From Arenicellales bacterium (GTDB lineage: Bacteria > Pseudomonadota > Gammaproteobacteria > BMS3Bbin11), in the NCBI GenBank assembly GCA_048550195.1, contig JBLYYR010000051.1:1-57432 (forward strand): a stretch of 57,432 nucleotides of DNA, given 5' to 3'. The notes under the pieces were generated by a model that had not been told where the DNA came from, ran no database searches, and saw only the letters and a program-made list of their open reading frames with translations. This document shows, in pieces, positions 54,576-57,432 of this stretch (position 1 is its first letter; the number at the start of each line of letters is the position of its first letter). The translations under genes and the position numbers were made by a program.

Positions 54576-55670
54576 ATGATCAATGACACAAAAATTGACA
54601 GCAATATCTGCCGTTACCTTATTGAGAATATGGAAACGGCTGTGCTTTTGTTTAATTCTGAGTTAAAGCTGACAGCCATCAATCCTGCCGCAGAAAACCT
54701 GTTGCAGGCCAGCGCGCGCATGCTGATGGGCCAGGGTCATGAAGCAATCTTCCTGCACAATACTGAGTGCCACAACATACTCACAACTATCCAGCGAGAG
54801 AACAGGACGATCACAGAGAGGGAAATCCGCCTGAAACTCATTACAGGAAATACCATCACTATTGATTTTGCTGCCACGCCTCTCACTAGCAGCCGAAAGC
54901 TTTCAGGCATTATTGTTGAGATTACCCAGGTTGACAGACTGCTAAGACTCGCCCGTGAAGAACATCTGCAGGAACAATACGAAGCAGCCCGGCAAATACT
55001 CAAGGGTATCGCACATGAAGTAAAAAACCCTCTAGGTGGTTTGCGCGGCGCAGCTCAACTTCTGGATATGGATCTTGAAAATGAAGCACAGAAAGAATAT
55101 ACAGCTGTCATCATCAAAGAAGCCGATCGTTTATCCGACCTGGTGGACAAAATGGCAGGATCAAATCAGCCTCTGGAATTATTACCGGTCAATATTCATA
55201 TCTGCCTGGAACACGTTCGAACCCTGATTAGTTCCGAATACCCTGAGATGGTCAATATCATTACTAACTATGACCCCAGCCTGCCTGAAATACCCATCGA
55301 CCAGGATGCTATGACTCAGGTTATTTTAAATATTTCACGTAACGCTGTGCAGGCCATGCTCGATTCGCCAGAATCTTCCTCCGGAGAGCCTAACAGGCTG
55401 CAGTTGAACACGCGTCCGGTAAGCCGGTTCACTATCGGGAACACCCCCCACCGTACAGTATTACAAATTGATATTGAGGATAATGGCCCTGGAATAGCGG
55501 AAAATTTGCAGGCAAAGGTATTTTACCCAATGATCACCAACAAGCCGGAAGGGACAGGGCTTGGGCTGTCCATCGTACAAAACATCATTAATCAGCACCA
55601 TGGACTGATAGAATTCACTTCTCAGCCCGGCAAAACAGTATTCTCCATTTTCCTGCCGCTTGCTAACTGA
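54576..55670 (+). CDS. glnL: Nitrogen regulation sensor histidine kinase NtrB
   Basis: PAS N-terminus, H-box HEVKNPLGGLRGAAQLL, and N/G boxes. It sits between glnA and ntrC. Confidence 0.9.
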   Translation: MINDTKIDSNICRYLIENMETAVLLFNSELKLTAINPAAENLLQASARMLMGQGHEAIFLHNTECHNILTTIQRENRTITEREIRLKLITGNTITIDFAATPLTSSRKLSGIIVEITQVDRLLRLAREEHLQEQYEAARQILKGIAHEVKNPLGGLRGAAQLLDMDLENEAQKEYTAVIIKEADRLSDLVDKMAGSNQPLELLPVNIHICLEHVRTLISSEYPEMVNIITNYDPSLPEIPIDQDAMTQVILNISRNAVQAMLDSPESSSGEPNRLQLNTRPVSRFTIGNTPHRTVLQIDIEDNGPGIAENLQAKVFYPMITNKPEGTGLGLSIVQNIINQHHGLIEFTSQPGKTVFSIFLPLAN

Positions 55671-55690
55671 CTAACAAAAGAGACACCCTT

Positions 55691-57100
55691 ATGGCTAAAA
55701 AGGCGACAATCTGGCTTATCGATGATGATGACTCAATACGCTGGGTGCTGGACAAAGCTTTATCTAAAGCAGGATTCAAGACTGAAATATTCAGTTCCGC
55801 AGACGACGCTCTGGAGCATCTCCAAAATAGCATTAAACGACCAGAAGTTATCGTCACCGATATACGCATGCCCGGTACCAGCGGGCTGGATCTACTTGAG
55901 AAATTACGCAGCGAGCACCCAGAAATACCTGTCATTATCATGACAGCCCACACCGACCTTGATAGTGCTGTTGCCTCGTATGATCAGGGGGCATTTGAGT
56001 ACCTGCCAAAACCATTTGATATCAATGATGCTATTGCCCTGGTAGAACGCGCAGTCGAACATGCGCGGACTCACAAAGTGGGCACCACCTCGTCAGAAGA
56101 GCAAAGCGCATTCATAATAGGTGAGGCGCCTGCGATGCAGGACATCTTTCGTGCTATCGGACGCCTCAGTCAAAGTGACCTCACCGTATTGATCTCCGGT
56201 GAATCCGGCACAGGCAAAGAACTGGTGGCAGAATCCCTGCATCAGCACAGCCCCCGCCGCAGTGGTCCATTTATCGCTATCAATACTGGCGCCATCCCCG
56301 GTGAATTGCTTGAATCAGAACTCTTCGGCCATGAAAAAGGGGCCTTCACCGGCGCTCTGGCACAGCATAAAGGGAGGTTCGAACAGGCCGAAGGCGGCAC
56401 ACTGTTTCTCGACGAAATTGGTGATATGCCAGCAGAATCACAAACCCGCTTGCTACGCGTTCTTTCCGAAGGCCGTTTTTTCCGTGTTGGTGGCCGCAGG
56501 GAAATAAAAGTCGATGTCCGCATTATTGCAGCAACCAACCAGGACCTGGAAAAGCGCGTCAACGAAGGCAGGTTCCGTGAAGACCTGTTTCACCGTCTCA
56601 ATGTTGTGCGCCTGCGCATTCCATCACTGCACGAACGTGCCGAGGACATCCCGCAGCTGCTGAAATTTTTCCTCAAACGCACAGCAAAAGAATTAAATGT
56701 CGAGGAAAAGCAACTCACCGACAAGGCAAAGAATTTCCTCAGCTCCCTGCAATGGCCCGGGAACGTTCGACAACTGGAAAACACCTGCCGCTGGCTGAGT
56801 GTCATGGCACCATCCAAGCAGATAAGGATTGATGATCTGCCACAGGATATAAGACAGGATTCAGTCGATGCAACAGTCACCGTAGATAGCTGGCAGGATG
56901 CGCTGCGGCTATATCTGAAAAAAAAGTTTGCCCAGGACCATGAAAATATCCTTGAAGATCTGGAGCCTGAATTTGAGCGTATTCTCATTGAAACGGCCCT
57001 TGCACACACGGGCAGACGAAAAATTGAAGCTGCACGCCTGCTTGGCTGGGGCAGAAATACTTTAACGCGGAAGTTGAAAGAGTTGTCTATAGAGGTTTAA
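55691..57100 (+). CDS. glnG: Nitrogen regulation response regulator NtrC (sigma-54 activator)
   Basis: Receiver domain (DDDDSIRWVL...DIRMPG), AAA+ domain with GESGTGKE and GAFTGA, and a C-terminal Fis-type HTH. Confidence 0.93.
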   Translation: MAKKATIWLIDDDDSIRWVLDKALSKAGFKTEIFSSADDALEHLQNSIKRPEVIVTDIRMPGTSGLDLLEKLRSEHPEIPVIIMTAHTDLDSAVASYDQGAFEYLPKPFDINDAIALVERAVEHARTHKVGTTSSEEQSAFIIGEAPAMQDIFRAIGRLSQSDLTVLISGESGTGKELVAESLHQHSPRRSGPFIAINTGAIPGELLESELFGHEKGAFTGALAQHKGRFEQAEGGTLFLDEIGDMPAESQTRLLRVLSEGRFFRVGGRREIKVDVRIIAATNQDLEKRVNEGRFREDLFHRLNVVRLRIPSLHERAEDIPQLLKFFLKRTAKELNVEEKQLTDKAKNFLSSLQWPGNVRQLENTCRWLSVMAPSKQIRIDDLPQDIRQDSVDATVTVDSWQDALRLYLKKKFAQDHENILEDLEPEFERILIETALAHTGRRKIEAARLLGWGRNTLTRKLKELSIEV

Positions 57101-57432
57101 GGGAAAGAAGTTTCAAACTCCATAGGGAAATAGAAAATGGGAAAGAAGGATTTGTAGCAAGCGTGCCCTTGCAACGAAATGGTCTTGCTGTGGACAATGT
57201 TAAAAAATATTTGAGTCCGTAGCTTTAAACGTCCAGACTTGCACTGACATAAGTGAAATCTGGCTCAGATTTGACCTGGAATACCTTATGCTATAGGCTC
57301 GTTATCGAGACATGGCAGAAAAAAAAACGATAACAAATAAACACCTTAGTCCTTCCCAAAACAGGCTTTTAAATTTTAGGAGAATCACCTCAGTTCGACC
57401 CGAAGCGGTCATTTTTGCTATCAGAATCTCCT

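Noticed and set aside
1-57432. Defence systems, prophage or transposase genes, toxin-antitoxin pairs, tRNA/rRNA genes
   Set aside because: I scanned every ORF of at least 60 aa and the intergenic regions by eye and found none recognisable. The only mobile-element-like feature is the fold-back repeat at 2262-2703.

Overview
The window looks like a gammaproteobacterial chromosome segment, judged by synteny only. Its flanks are housekeeping genes and its core is respiratory.

**Layout**
- 0.1-10.6 kb: rng, maf, rlmH, rsfS, nadD, proA, holA, lptE and leuS, all on the minus strand. A roughly 440-bp fold-back repeat sits between maf and a small secreted-protein gene.
- 10.8-24.1 kb: a complete cytochrome cd1 nitrite reductase and heme d1 cluster. 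The minus strand carries nirS, a NirT-diheme fusion, a cupredoxin, nirN and nirECFDLGHJ. A divergent plus-strand pair encodes a membrane hemerythrin and a three-CXXCH cytochrome. FNR/DNR-type TTGAT-N4-ATCAA boxes sit in the promoter regions.
- 24.4-26.8 kb: an AT-rich decayed stretch. It holds a frameshifted NosR/NirI fragment, an intact HHE hemerythrin-like gene, a diheme cytochrome c gene with a nonsense codon plus a frameshift, and an upstream ORF broken across three frames.
- 26.8-38.2 kb: a respiratory island, which I rate the most interesting part. It contains:
  - a ba3-like heme-copper oxidase (subunits II and I plus an unlisted 52-aa ORF) whose cross-link tyrosine position is Gln;
  - a second orphan subunit-I-like paralog with Asp-His in place of the helix VII His-His pair;
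  - a cytochrome b / 2x[4Fe-4S] / MvhD-like fusion protein, translationally coupled to a 170-aa membrane protein;
  - CtaB, two SCO1 paralogs, a DUF420 protein and a third hemerythrin;
  - FNR-like boxes.
- 38.3-57.1 kb: yjbQ-like gene, Lon-N domain protein, a TolC/HlyD/ABC/FtsX exporter, mazG-like gene, YgjP-like gene, PHP phosphoesterase, a small radical SAM gene, cytochrome c4 divergent from engB, a CDF transporter, and glnA-ntrB-ntrC.

**Main hypothesis**
No norCB, norZ or nosZ is visible in the window. I therefore propose that the atypical heme-copper enzymes supply the NO-reducing step. This is inference from sequence motifs and gene context only.

**Not found**
I recognised no rRNA, tRNA, CRISPR array, transposase or known defence system.
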